NCBI GenBank assembly: GCA_044222475.1 | Contig: JBGANF010000003.1 | Span: 79,644 to 143,643 of the forward strand | Direction of reading: 5' to 3' | Source of the DNA: Polyangiaceae bacterium | GTDB lineage: Bacteria > Myxococcota_A > Polyangia > Polyangiales > Polyangiaceae | DNA length: 64,000 bases | Shown here: piece after piece, positions 48,739 through 56,889 of the stretch | Layout: each line of letters opens with the position of its first letter | How positions within the stretch are numbered: the first letter of the stretch is position 1 | Made by a program: the position numbers and the translations under genes | Notes under the pieces: model-generated | Seen by the model: only the letters and a program-made list of their open reading frames with translations | What the model was told of the DNA's origin: nothing | The model's database searches: none

Positions 48739-48796
48739 GCCCGGAGTGCCATAAATAGGCTGAATCGTCCCGCTGCGTCGCACCATTCGTCCTGAA

Positions 48797-48923
48797 GAGA
48801 GGGACGCCAGGACGCCAGGAACGCCAGGGACCAAGCCAACGGGGGTTGCGCCCAGCGCATCATCCCATCTCCCCACGAATGGTTCGATCCCTGGCGGCCC
48901 TGGCGCCCTGGCGGTTCCCTCTC
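48797..48923. repeat. Intergenic inverted-repeat element with arms built of CGCCAGG units
   Basis: GAGAGGGACGCCAGGACGCCAGGAACGCCAGGGA (48797-48830) versus TCCCTGGCGGCCCTGGCGCCCTGGCGGTTCCCTCTC (48888-48923). Confidence 0.85.
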
Positions 48924-49686
48924 AGGGGAAGGCCGCGGCGAAGACTCGGTGCAGATCGAGATCGGGGCGCGACGCGAGCTCCTTCGGCCGGAAGCCGCTC
49001 GCGATCTTCGTCACGACGATCGACTTCGCGGCGACGTCGAAGTGGACTCGCCACTCCTTCAGCGCGAGCACTCCCGAGTCGCCGCTGCGGCGAATGCGCC
49101 GATACGCGTGCGGCTGCGGACCGAGCTCGAGCGCCGACCGCACGTCGCCCTCGAGGACGACTCCGCGGTGCGCGAGGAACTCGATGGCGGCGCGCGCCGC
49201 CGGAGCGAAGGACACCGCCCACGCGCCGCGCGGATCCGTCGGCGCGAGCCACCCGTCGCCCGCTTCGGTGACGACGTCCGTGTACTTCACGTACGGCTTG
49301 AGGTCGAGGACGGGCGTCCCGTCGAGGAGGTCGACGTCGGCCACGTTCACGGTGAGCCCTTCGATCGAGACCAAGCGAACGACCGAGAGCCCAATCGGGT
49401 TCGGTCGATGCGGCGACCGCGTCGCGAAGACGCCCTTCCGCGTCGTGCTCCGTGGCGGGAGGACCTTCGGCCGCCACCCCTCCGCGCGATCGAACAGGTA
49501 GAGGACCCAGACGTGCGTCCACTCGCCGAGATCGGCGAGGGCGTCCTCGTAGCCCTTCCCCGGCAGGAGGACGATCGAGCCGAGCACACCGCGAGCCGCG
49601 GCCGGTTGACGCGGCGCTTCGCGCTTCTCCTTGAACGGAGTGTGGGCGACGCCGATCGGGTCGAGGCTGACCGGCGCTAACGACAT
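48922..49686 (-). CDS. trmO: tRNA (N6-threonylcarbamoyladenosine37-N6)-methyltransferase TrmO/TsaA
   Basis: PIGVAHTPF, APRQP, GVFATRSPHRPNPIGLS and DLLDGTPVLDLKPY. Confidence 0.93.
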   Translation of the reverse strand: MSLAPVSLDPIGVAHTPFKEKREAPRQPAAARGVLGSIVLLPGKGYEDALADLGEWTHVWVLYLFDRAEGWRPKVLPPRSTTRKGVFATRSPHRPNPIGLSVVRLVSIEGLTVNVADVDLLDGTPVLDLKPYVKYTDVVTEAGDGWLAPTDPRGAWAVSFAPAARAAIEFLAHRGVVLEGDVRSALELGPQPHAYRRIRRSGDSGVLALKEWRVHFDVAAKSIVVTKIASGFRPKELASRPDLDLHRVFAAAFP

Positions 49687-49708
49687 GACTTCAGCGTTGG
49701 CACGGCGC

Positions 49709-51181
49709 TCAGTGCGGGATGAGGCCGCCGAACCACGCGCCGGCGACTCCACCGACGACGAGCACCAAGAGTACGACGGCGATGATCGCCCCGCCGCCGC
49801 CGCCCTTCTTCTGCTGCGTACCAAGTTGGGACGACGCCGTCGGCGGAGCGAGCGGCGCCGGCGGACGGGGTGCCATGGCCGGTGGCGGAGCGGGAGCCAT
49901 GACCGGCGGTGCCGCGGGGGTCATCGGCAGGGCGGGCCCGGAGGGCGGCGGCATCGGCGGATCGTCGTCTTCCTCGAGCGCGGAGAGGTTGCCGGCGGTC
50001 ACGTTCGCGGGCAGCTTCCCGGAGAGCGCGGCGCTTGGCGTGTGCTTCGGCTGGTCGAGCTGCATGTCGTCGATCCAGCTCTTGGGATCGACGAACGCGC
50101 CGAGATCGAGCGGAGCCGTCGCCTGGGACTCCTCCGCCGAAGGCTTGCGGGGCGGAGCCGGGCCGCCGGGCTCACCCTTCTCGTCCGTGAGCGAGGTGAA
50201 CTCGAAGAGCGCCTCTTCGATGAGCTTGTCGATGATCGAGCCCTGTTGAGGCTTCTTCTTCTGCTTCTCCTTCATCGCGCTGACGACCAGCTGCGAGATG
50301 TCGAAGCTCGACACCGGTTGCCCGAAGTCGAAGAGGAAGTTCGTGAGGTCGCGCGCGAGCTCCTTCGCGAGGCGGTAGCGCGCGTTCGGATCGCGCGCGA
50401 GCGCGCGGTTGATGATCTTCTCGAGCTCGGGCGGGACGCCCTTGTTGATCTGGCTGATCGGCGGGATCTGCGCTTGCTGGACCTTCTTCACCGTCTGGAA
50501 GTCGGTGTCGCCGAGGAAGAGACGCTGGCCGGCGAGGAGCTCCCACAGGATGATGCCGACGGCGAAGATGTCGGTGCGGGCGTCGACGTCTTGGCCCATC
50601 GCCGCTTCGGGCGACAGGTAGGAGAACTTGCCCTTGATGATGCCGGGCTCGCTCTTCTCGAGCTGGGAGTTCGCCTTCGCGAGACCGAAGTCCACGATCT
50701 TCACCTCGCCGTACTTCGTGACGAGCACGTTCGGCGGCGACATGTCGCGGTGGACGATGTGGAGGTCGGTGCCCTGCGGATCGCGGAGCTCGTGCGCGTA
50801 GGCGAGGCCCTTGCAGATCTCGATGGCGATGAAGACCGCGGCGGCGACCGGAAACTCGTGGCCGGCCTTCTTCAGCGCGTCGGCGATCGACTTGAGGTTC
50901 GCCCCGTCGACGAACTCCATGACGATGAAGTAGGCGTTGTCGCCCACGCCGATGTCGAAGACCTGAACGCAGTTCGAGTGCGAGAGGTGGGCCGACAGCC
51001 GCGCCTCGTCGAGGAACATCGAGATGAACTTCTTCTTCTCGGACAGGTGGGGGAGGACGCGCTTGATGGCGACCTGCTTCTTGAACCCCTGCAGACCCTC
51101 GCTCTCCGCGCGGAACACCTCCGCCATACCACCGGACTCGAGCTTCTCGACGACCCGGTATCGTTGCTGCGAATCGGCCAT
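49709..51181 (-). CDS. Ser/Thr protein kinase with C-terminal TM anchor
   Basis: GGAG RBS; GGMAEVF, VAIKRVLP, HRDMSPPN, DFGLAK and KGKFSYLSPE; Pro-rich linker and TM. Confidence 0.93.
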   Translation of the reverse strand: MADSQQRYRVVEKLESGGMAEVFRAESEGLQGFKKQVAIKRVLPHLSEKKKFISMFLDEARLSAHLSHSNCVQVFDIGVGDNAYFIVMEFVDGANLKSIADALKKAGHEFPVAAAVFIAIEICKGLAYAHELRDPQGTDLHIVHRDMSPPNVLVTKYGEVKIVDFGLAKANSQLEKSEPGIIKGKFSYLSPEAAMGQDVDARTDIFAVGIILWELLAGQRLFLGDTDFQTVKKVQQAQIPPISQINKGVPPELEKIINRALARDPNARYRLAKELARDLTNFLFDFGQPVSSFDISQLVVSAMKEKQKKKPQQGSIIDKLIEEALFEFTSLTDEKGEPGGPAPPRKPSAEESQATAPLDLGAFVDPKSWIDDMQLDQPKHTPSAALSGKLPANVTAGNLSALEEDDDPPMPPPSGPALPMTPAAPPVMAPAPPPAMAPRPPAPLAPPTASSQLGTQQKKGGGGGAIIAVVLLVLVVGGVAGAWFGGLIPH

Positions 51182-51316
51182 GAATCTCCTTCGACCGAAA
51201 AAGGGTGCCACCCTGGGCACTTCCCGGTCAAGGGAAGCCTTGAAATCGTGAAAAGCATTGCATTGACACCACCCCGGGAAGCACCGATCGTACGGCCTTC
51301 GGAAAGGGTAATCGCC

Positions 51317-51763
51317 GTGGAACAACTCTTCGCTCGCACCAAGGAGACCGTCGAAGCGGTCATCTCCAAGCTCGGCATCGACGTGGCGCAGGCCCGGGTG
51401 AAGGACGCTCCCGACCAGGCGAGCTACACCCTCATGCGCGGGAGCGCCTCGGTCATCGTCACCGTCGTCCACCGCGTCGAGCAGAAGAACGTGTTCCTCC
51501 GCGTCGCATCCCCCGTGCTCACCCCGGCCGATGGCAACCGCGAAGCGCTCTACAAGCGTCTCCTCGAGCTCAACGCCGGCGGGCTCGCGAACGCCGCGTT
51601 CGGCCTCCTCGGCGACAAGGTCGTCGCGGTGTCGGAGCGGCCCGCGGCCGGGCTCGACGCGAGCGAGGTCGAGCAGATCGTGCGTCACCTCTCCGCCGTC
51701 GCCGACACCTACGACGACCGGTTGGTGAAGGAGTTCGGCGGCAAGCGCGCGTCGGACGCGTGA
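51317..51763 (+). CDS. YbjN/CesT-like (T3SS chaperone fold) protein
   Basis: RGSA, LYKRLLELN, AAFGL and ADTYDDRLVKEFG pattern; GTGA overlap with the next gene. Confidence 0.7.
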   Translation: MEQLFARTKETVEAVISKLGIDVAQARVKDAPDQASYTLMRGSASVIVTVVHRVEQKNVFLRVASPVLTPADGNREALYKRLLELNAGGLANAAFGLLGDKVVAVSERPAAGLDASEVEQIVRHLSAVADTYDDRLVKEFGGKRASDA

Positions 51764-53280
51764 CCCGTCTCCGGCTCCGCGCCGCGCTCCTCTTCGCCGG
51801 CGTCGCCTCGTTCGGCTCGCTCGAGCGGCAAGCGCGCGCGACCGAGGGCGAGGTCACGAGCGACACGACGACTCAGTTCTACGACGTCCGCAGCGGCACC
51901 GGTCACACCACGCTGCTCCGACGACGACTCACGAGCACGCTGGGAGTCACCGTCTACGACCTCTTGCCGCGGCCGAAGGAGGCCGGCCAGGAGCTCCTGC
52001 CCGATCTCGTGTTCCGCGCGCGCCTTCGGTACGACGCGGACTACGGCGCGCTCGGCGTCGAGGCCGATCCCAACGCGGCCGACTACTACACGCCCGGCTT
52101 CTCGCGCGGTCCGGTCGACCTCATGTACGCGTACGTCGAGGGGCGCCGCTTCTTCCACGGGCTCTTCGGCTTCAAGCTCGGGCGGCAGTACCAAACCGAC
52201 GCGCTGGGTTGGTGGGCGTTCGACGGCGCGCAGCTGCGGCTCACGACGCCGGCGTACTTCGCAGTCGAAGCGTACGGCGGCCTCGAGGTGCGTGGCGGGC
52301 TCCCCTTGTCGGGACCGAGCGGCCGCTGGGAGCGCGACGGCGTGTGGCGCGGCGATCGCGACGGCTTTCAGCAGAACGCGTATCCGTCCTTTCAGCAGGC
52401 GGCGGTGGCGCCGGCGTTCGGCGCGGCGATCGAGACCGCCGGGGTCACGTGGCTGCACGGCCGGCTGTCGTATCGACGCGTGTACAATACAGGTGATCCG
52501 AGTCTCACCCAGTTCGCGTCGCCGCTGGCGTCGACGGTGGACCTCGGGTCGCGCGTCTCGCAGGACCGGCTCGGCTACTCGATCCTCGCCGACTGGGACA
52601 AGGTGGGCGCCGTGAGCGGCGGGCTCGTCTACGACCTCTACTCCGCGCTCCTGTCGAACGTGTACGCATCGGTCGAGGCTCGCCCGGCGAAGGCGCTCAC
52701 CGTCGGAGCCGACTACGACTACTTCCGGCCGACGTTCGACGCGGACTCGATCTGGAACTTCCTCGGCGCGCAGCCGATGAACGACGTGGGGTTGCGCGCG
52801 CGGTTCGAGCCGAGCAGCAAGCTCGCGTTCTCCGGCGGCGGACACGTCCGCGTGTTCGGGCAGGAGAACACCCCCGCGAGCGTGGTCACCTCGCCAGTTC
52901 CGACGACGGCGCTCCCCGGCAGCGGGGCGAGCTTCGCCGGCGGCGGAAGCGTCGGCGTGCGCTACGTGAAGTCGTCGAGCGCGGTCTCGTTCCGCGGCCT
53001 CGCTGACGTCGGCGAGGCCGGTGACCGCGTCGGCGGCGACGTGATGGGCGAGCGCACGCTGGGCGGGCACATCGTCTTCCGCGCGCGCGTGGGGCTGTGG
53101 CACTGGGAGGACAAGCTCCGGCCCGAGCGCAGCGCAGTGTCGGTCGGCACCGTGCTCGGCGCCGCGTATCGGTTCTTCCACGGATCCCAAGTTGGGACGG
53201 AGATCGAGGCCGACGTCAATCGGCTGGTCGGCGTTCGCTTCCGGTGGATCACGTACTTGAGCCTGGTGGTGGCCAAATGA
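51760..53280 (+). CDS. Putative outer-membrane beta-barrel (porin)
   Basis: Signal peptide; alternating aromatic/Gly beta-strands throughout; DLMYAYVE...KLGRQY...FDGAQL. Confidence 0.7.
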   Translation: MTRLRLRAALLFAGVASFGSLERQARATEGEVTSDTTTQFYDVRSGTGHTTLLRRRLTSTLGVTVYDLLPRPKEAGQELLPDLVFRARLRYDADYGALGVEADPNAADYYTPGFSRGPVDLMYAYVEGRRFFHGLFGFKLGRQYQTDALGWWAFDGAQLRLTTPAYFAVEAYGGLEVRGGLPLSGPSGRWERDGVWRGDRDGFQQNAYPSFQQAAVAPAFGAAIETAGVTWLHGRLSYRRVYNTGDPSLTQFASPLASTVDLGSRVSQDRLGYSILADWDKVGAVSGGLVYDLYSALLSNVYASVEARPAKALTVGADYDYFRPTFDADSIWNFLGAQPMNDVGLRARFEPSSKLAFSGGGHVRVFGQENTPASVVTSPVPTTALPGSGASFAGGGSVGVRYVKSSSAVSFRGLADVGEAGDRVGGDVMGERTLGGHIVFRARVGLWHWEDKLRPERSAVSVGTVLGAAYRFFHGSQVGTEIEADVNRLVGVRFRWITYLSLVVAK

Positions 53281-54626
53281 CGCGCCGCCTCCCGCTCCTC
53301 CTCCTGATCGCCGCGCTGCTCGTGTCGGTGACGGCCGCGTTCGGCGACGACGCGACGGCGCCGAGCGCGTCGTCGGGAACGGCTCCCCTCCCCGGCGACG
53401 CCAAGGTGCCGTCCGCGCTGCTGCCGCCGGGCGCGTTCGAGCCGGACACCGGCCCGAGCGACGTCATCTTTCCGCCGCAGACGATCTCCCTGCGCTTCAA
53501 CCACAAGGTCCACGTGAAGGGCCAAGGGATGAAGTGCGAGGCGTGCCACACCGCCGCGCCCACGAGCGACGCCGCTCAGGACGACCTGATCCCCAAGGGG
53601 ACCACCTGCGACGGTTGCCACGGGACGAAGCACGCGGAGCTCGGCGCGGTCGCGGCCGACGAGGGCAACCAGATGGCCAAGTGCTCCTTCTGTCACCAAG
53701 GCTGGAAGCCCGGCGACGGGAACAAAGTGACTCCGTTCCGCGTGCCTCGTCCCAATTTGGTATTCTCGCACCGTCGCCACGCGGTGCGTAACATCGGCTG
53801 CGGCCAGTGCCACGGCGACGTCGGCTCGCTCGAGCTCGCCACGCGAGACCAGATGCCCCGCATGCGCGGGTGCTTCCGCTGCCACCAAGGCACGGACGCC
53901 GCGCGCGGCGACGCGAAGGCCGCGTGCGAGACGTGCCACCTGACGCCGGGGCCGGACCTCCGCGGGGGGACCGCGGCGCCCTCGCGCGTCGGTACCGCGT
54001 TCGTCGACGCGGGGCGCATCCGCGCGCTCTACCCCGAGGGGACGCTGCTTCCACCGCGGTGGCTGCACGACGCCGAGCACGGTCCGGACTTCCTCGAGCG
54101 GCACAAGCAGGCCGCCGCGAACGACTCCGAGTTCTGCAAGAACTGCCACCAGGAAGACTTCTGCGCCGCGTGTCACGACGGTCGCGTGCGACCTCGGAGC
54201 GTGCACCCCAACGACTACCTCAACATGCACCCCATCGAGGCTCGCCTCGCGACGCAGCGCTGCGCGAGCTGTCACCGCGAGCAGAGCTTCTGCACGACGT
54301 GCCACTCGCGCATCGGCGTGTCCCAGAGCGGGCCGACCGTGTTCAAGGAGCCAGGGCGCTTCCACCCGCCGAAGGCGATCTGGAGCGATGGTCCGCGCAG
54401 CATCGGGCATCACGCCGTCGAGGCGCAGCGGAACCTCTCCGCGTGCGTGAGCTGCCACATCGAGCGCGACTGCGTGCAGTGCCACGGCGGTGCGGGCATC
54501 GGCGCTGGCATCAACGTCCACCCCGCGAGCTTCCAGAGCTCGTGCGCGATGCAGCTGCGGCGCAACCCGCGGCCGTGCTTCGTCTGCCACGAACCCGGCG
54601 ACAAGGTCTTCGACGCATGCCGCTAG
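53277..54626 (+). CDS. Periplasmic multiheme c-type cytochrome (13 CxxCH)
   Basis: ATGA overlap with the porin; Sec signal; CEACH, CDGCH, CSFCH, CGQCH, CFRCH, CETCH, CKNCH, CAACH, CASCH, CTTCH, CVSCH, CVQCH, CFVCH; c3/c7-like FNHKVH and FSHRRH. Confidence 0.92.
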   Translation: MTRRLPLLLLIAALLVSVTAAFGDDATAPSASSGTAPLPGDAKVPSALLPPGAFEPDTGPSDVIFPPQTISLRFNHKVHVKGQGMKCEACHTAAPTSDAAQDDLIPKGTTCDGCHGTKHAELGAVAADEGNQMAKCSFCHQGWKPGDGNKVTPFRVPRPNLVFSHRRHAVRNIGCGQCHGDVGSLELATRDQMPRMRGCFRCHQGTDAARGDAKAACETCHLTPGPDLRGGTAAPSRVGTAFVDAGRIRALYPEGTLLPPRWLHDAEHGPDFLERHKQAAANDSEFCKNCHQEDFCAACHDGRVRPRSVHPNDYLNMHPIEARLATQRCASCHREQSFCTTCHSRIGVSQSGPTVFKEPGRFHPPKAIWSDGPRSIGHHAVEAQRNLSACVSCHIERDCVQCHGGAGIGAGINVHPASFQSSCAMQLRRNPRPCFVCHEPGDKVFDACR

Positions 54627-54716
54627 ATCCGAAAAAACATAGAAGTTCCTTGCACGAGCGCGGTGCGCCTGGCTATATGACCCGTCCCCGCTTGGGGGCA
54701 TCGGAGGAGGATCACG

Positions 54717-54971
54717 GTGAAGGACCTCGTCGCCTACTTGATCGACAACATGTACTTGGATTTCCAGGGCGAAATCTCGCTCGACCAGGTGCGCCAATTC
54801 CTGCGCAACGACGAGAGCCGCGAGGCGAAGGCGCTGCTCGCGAAGCTGATCGCCGACAAGGGCGTGGACGACCTCTTGATCACGCTCGCCGACTGCTTGA
54901 AGGATCACATCCGGAGCGGCGTGTCGGACGAGATCGTCAAAGAGCAGCTCCAGCTCTACTCGGAAAGCTGA
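54717..54971 (+). CDS. Small hypothetical cytoplasmic protein (84 aa)
   Basis: Strong GGAGGAGG RBS before the GTG; helical, normal composition. Confidence 0.75.
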   Translation: MKDLVAYLIDNMYLDFQGEISLDQVRQFLRNDESREAKALLAKLIADKGVDDLLITLADCLKDHIRSGVSDEIVKEQLQLYSES

Positions 54972-55942
54972 GCTTCGCTCTGCCGCTCGTCGCGAGCGTG
55001 GCTGCGGCCGCGTGCGACCAGGGCGTGCAGCACGACCAGGTTCCGTACGGGCCACCGATTCACGTCGTCGACGCGAACATCGGGGCGACGCAGCCGCTCG
55101 CGGTCGACGATCCGATCCAGATCTCGTTCGATCGGTACCTGAACCCGCTCACCGTCACGCGGCAGGCGTTCGCGCTCCGCGACGCGTTCAACCAGGCGCC
55201 GGTGAACCCGACGGTCGCGTACGATCCGGTTCGGCGGGTGGTGACGCTGTCGAACCCGTCGGAGGGGAAGCCGTGGCTGATCGTCGGTCAGCCGTACAAG
55301 GTGATCATCTCGGCGCCCGCGAGCCCGGACGATCTGGCGTTGCGTTCCATCGACGGGTCGGGCCTCACGAAAACGGTGGTCCTCGGGTTCTTCGCCGCGC
55401 CGGCGCGGGGGCGACCGAAGGATCCGGTGATGTCGTTCTGCCGCGACGTGTTTCCGATCCTCGAGAGCTGCAACCAGTGCCACTTCCCGGCAGAGGCCGG
55501 CGGAAAGCCCTGGGCCGGGCTCGATCTCTTCACCGAGAGCGGGATCGAGCGGACGGCGAAGAACCGCGTGTCCCAAGCGACCAACACCGGGGCGCGCAGC
55601 ACGGGCGCGCCGCCGGGGCCGATCTTCGGCATCGACATGCCGATCATCGATCCGGGAAACCCAGGAAACAGCTTCCTGATCTACAAACTGCTCTTGAGGG
55701 CGCCCGAGGAGCGGTCGACGACCTGCATCACCGCACCGCAAGTCGTCCCAAATTGGGACGTAGCGACGTTGCCGCGCGACGACGACGAAGCCGACAACCT
55801 CGCAAACGTCATTCCCGGTCGTGCGATGCCGCCATTCACGGCGAAGGACCCGCGAGCGGTATCCGACGCGCAGCTCGAGCGACTGCGTCTGTGGATTCAA
55901 CAGGGCGCAACCGTCGAGTCGTGCGCCGCGTGCACACCCTGA
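54968..55942 (+). CDS. Lipoprotein with Ig-like domain and a monoheme cytochrome c domain (start uncertain)
   Basis: Lipobox AAAC; ISFDRYLNPLTV and YDPVRRVVTL Ig-like region; CNQCH...IDPGNPGNSFLIYKL...AMPP...LRLWIQQGA. Confidence 0.7.
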   Translation: MSFALPLVASVAAAACDQGVQHDQVPYGPPIHVVDANIGATQPLAVDDPIQISFDRYLNPLTVTRQAFALRDAFNQAPVNPTVAYDPVRRVVTLSNPSEGKPWLIVGQPYKVIISAPASPDDLALRSIDGSGLTKTVVLGFFAAPARGRPKDPVMSFCRDVFPILESCNQCHFPAEAGGKPWAGLDLFTESGIERTAKNRVSQATNTGARSTGAPPGPIFGIDMPIIDPGNPGNSFLIYKLLLRAPEERSTTCITAPQVVPNWDVATLPRDDDEADNLANVIPGRAMPPFTAKDPRAVSDAQLERLRLWIQQGATVESCAACTP

Positions 55943-55943
55943 G

Positions 55944-56849
55944 TCAGTGCGCCGCGACGACTCGGTTGCGACCGCCCTCTTTCGCGCGGTAGAGCGCGGC
56001 GTCGGTGCGTTTGTAGAGCGCGACCGCGTCCTCGCTCGGGAGGAGCTCCGCGACGCCGAGGCTGATCGTGCACGGGATCACCTCTTCGTCGAACGTGAAT
56101 ACGCTCTCGGCGACGGTCTCTCGGACCTTCTCGGCGGTGATCTTCGCGCCGGCCAGCGCGACCTCCGGGAGGATCAACGCGAACTCTTCGCCGCCAGTGC
56201 GAGCGAACACGTCCTCGCGGCGGAGCTTCGGGCGTACGGCTTGCGCGAGCTGGCGGAGCACCGCGTCGCCGGCGACGTGGCCGAAGCGATCGTTCTTCTG
56301 CTTGAAGTGATCGATGTCGAGGATGACGAGTGACAGCGGCCGCTTGTACCGACCGCAGCGGTTGACCTCGCGCTCGAGCGTCTCGTCGAAGTAGCGGCGA
56401 TTGAAGAGCTGCGTGAGCCCGTCGACCGTCATGAGGCGGTAGATCTCCTCGTGGTAGCTCGCCTCGACGTTGTCGCCCTCCATGAACTTGAGGATCGAGC
56501 GCCCGACCTTGATGCGATCGCCGTCGGCGAGCAGCGTGCTCCCTTCGACGGCGACGTCGTTCACGTAGGTGCCGTTCGTCGATCCCAGGTCCGCGACGAC
56601 GTAGCCGCCGGTGCGCTCGCGGTCGATCCGCGCGTGATGGCGGCTCACGCTGTCCTGGTCGAGCGAGAGGTCGCACTTCGAGGAGCGGCCGATCTCGAAC
56701 TTCGAGGCGTCGAGTGGGATCCTTCGACCCAGGTCGGGGCCGTAGATGATCACGATGCACGCCGAGCCGACCCCTCGAGCCGACGGCGGACGATCACCCC
56801 TCAGGGGGGTGATCGAGACGGTGTCGTCGTCGGTCGATTTGGTGCTCAC
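55944..56849 (-). CDS. FHA-domain diguanylate cyclase
   Basis: FHA motifs IGRSS, VSRHHA and GSTNGT; DGLTQLFNRR, DIDHFK, RRED I-site and GGEEF. Confidence 0.93.
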   Translation of the reverse strand: MSTKSTDDDTVSITPLRGDRPPSARGVGSACIVIIYGPDLGRRIPLDASKFEIGRSSKCDLSLDQDSVSRHHARIDRERTGGYVVADLGSTNGTYVNDVAVEGSTLLADGDRIKVGRSILKFMEGDNVEASYHEEIYRLMTVDGLTQLFNRRYFDETLEREVNRCGRYKRPLSLVILDIDHFKQKNDRFGHVAGDAVLRQLAQAVRPKLRREDVFARTGGEEFALILPEVALAGAKITAEKVRETVAESVFTFDEEVIPCTISLGVAELLPSEDAVALYKRTDAALYRAKEGGRNRVVAAH

Positions 56850-56889
56850 AGGATGTGAGCGTACCAAGAATCCAGGACGAGCGATCGAG

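Noticed and set aside
48734..48751. Sigma54-like TGGCAC...TTGCA upstream of phaZ (minus strand)
   Set aside because: GG-to-GC spacing is 12 nt rather than 10. A sigma70-type promoter fits better.
49631..51763. ORF-track long N-terminal extensions of the kinase (to 51688) and YbjN-like gene (from 49631)
   Set aside because: The extensions overlap each other on opposite strands. Starts at 51181 (minus) and 51317 (plus) match domain boundaries.
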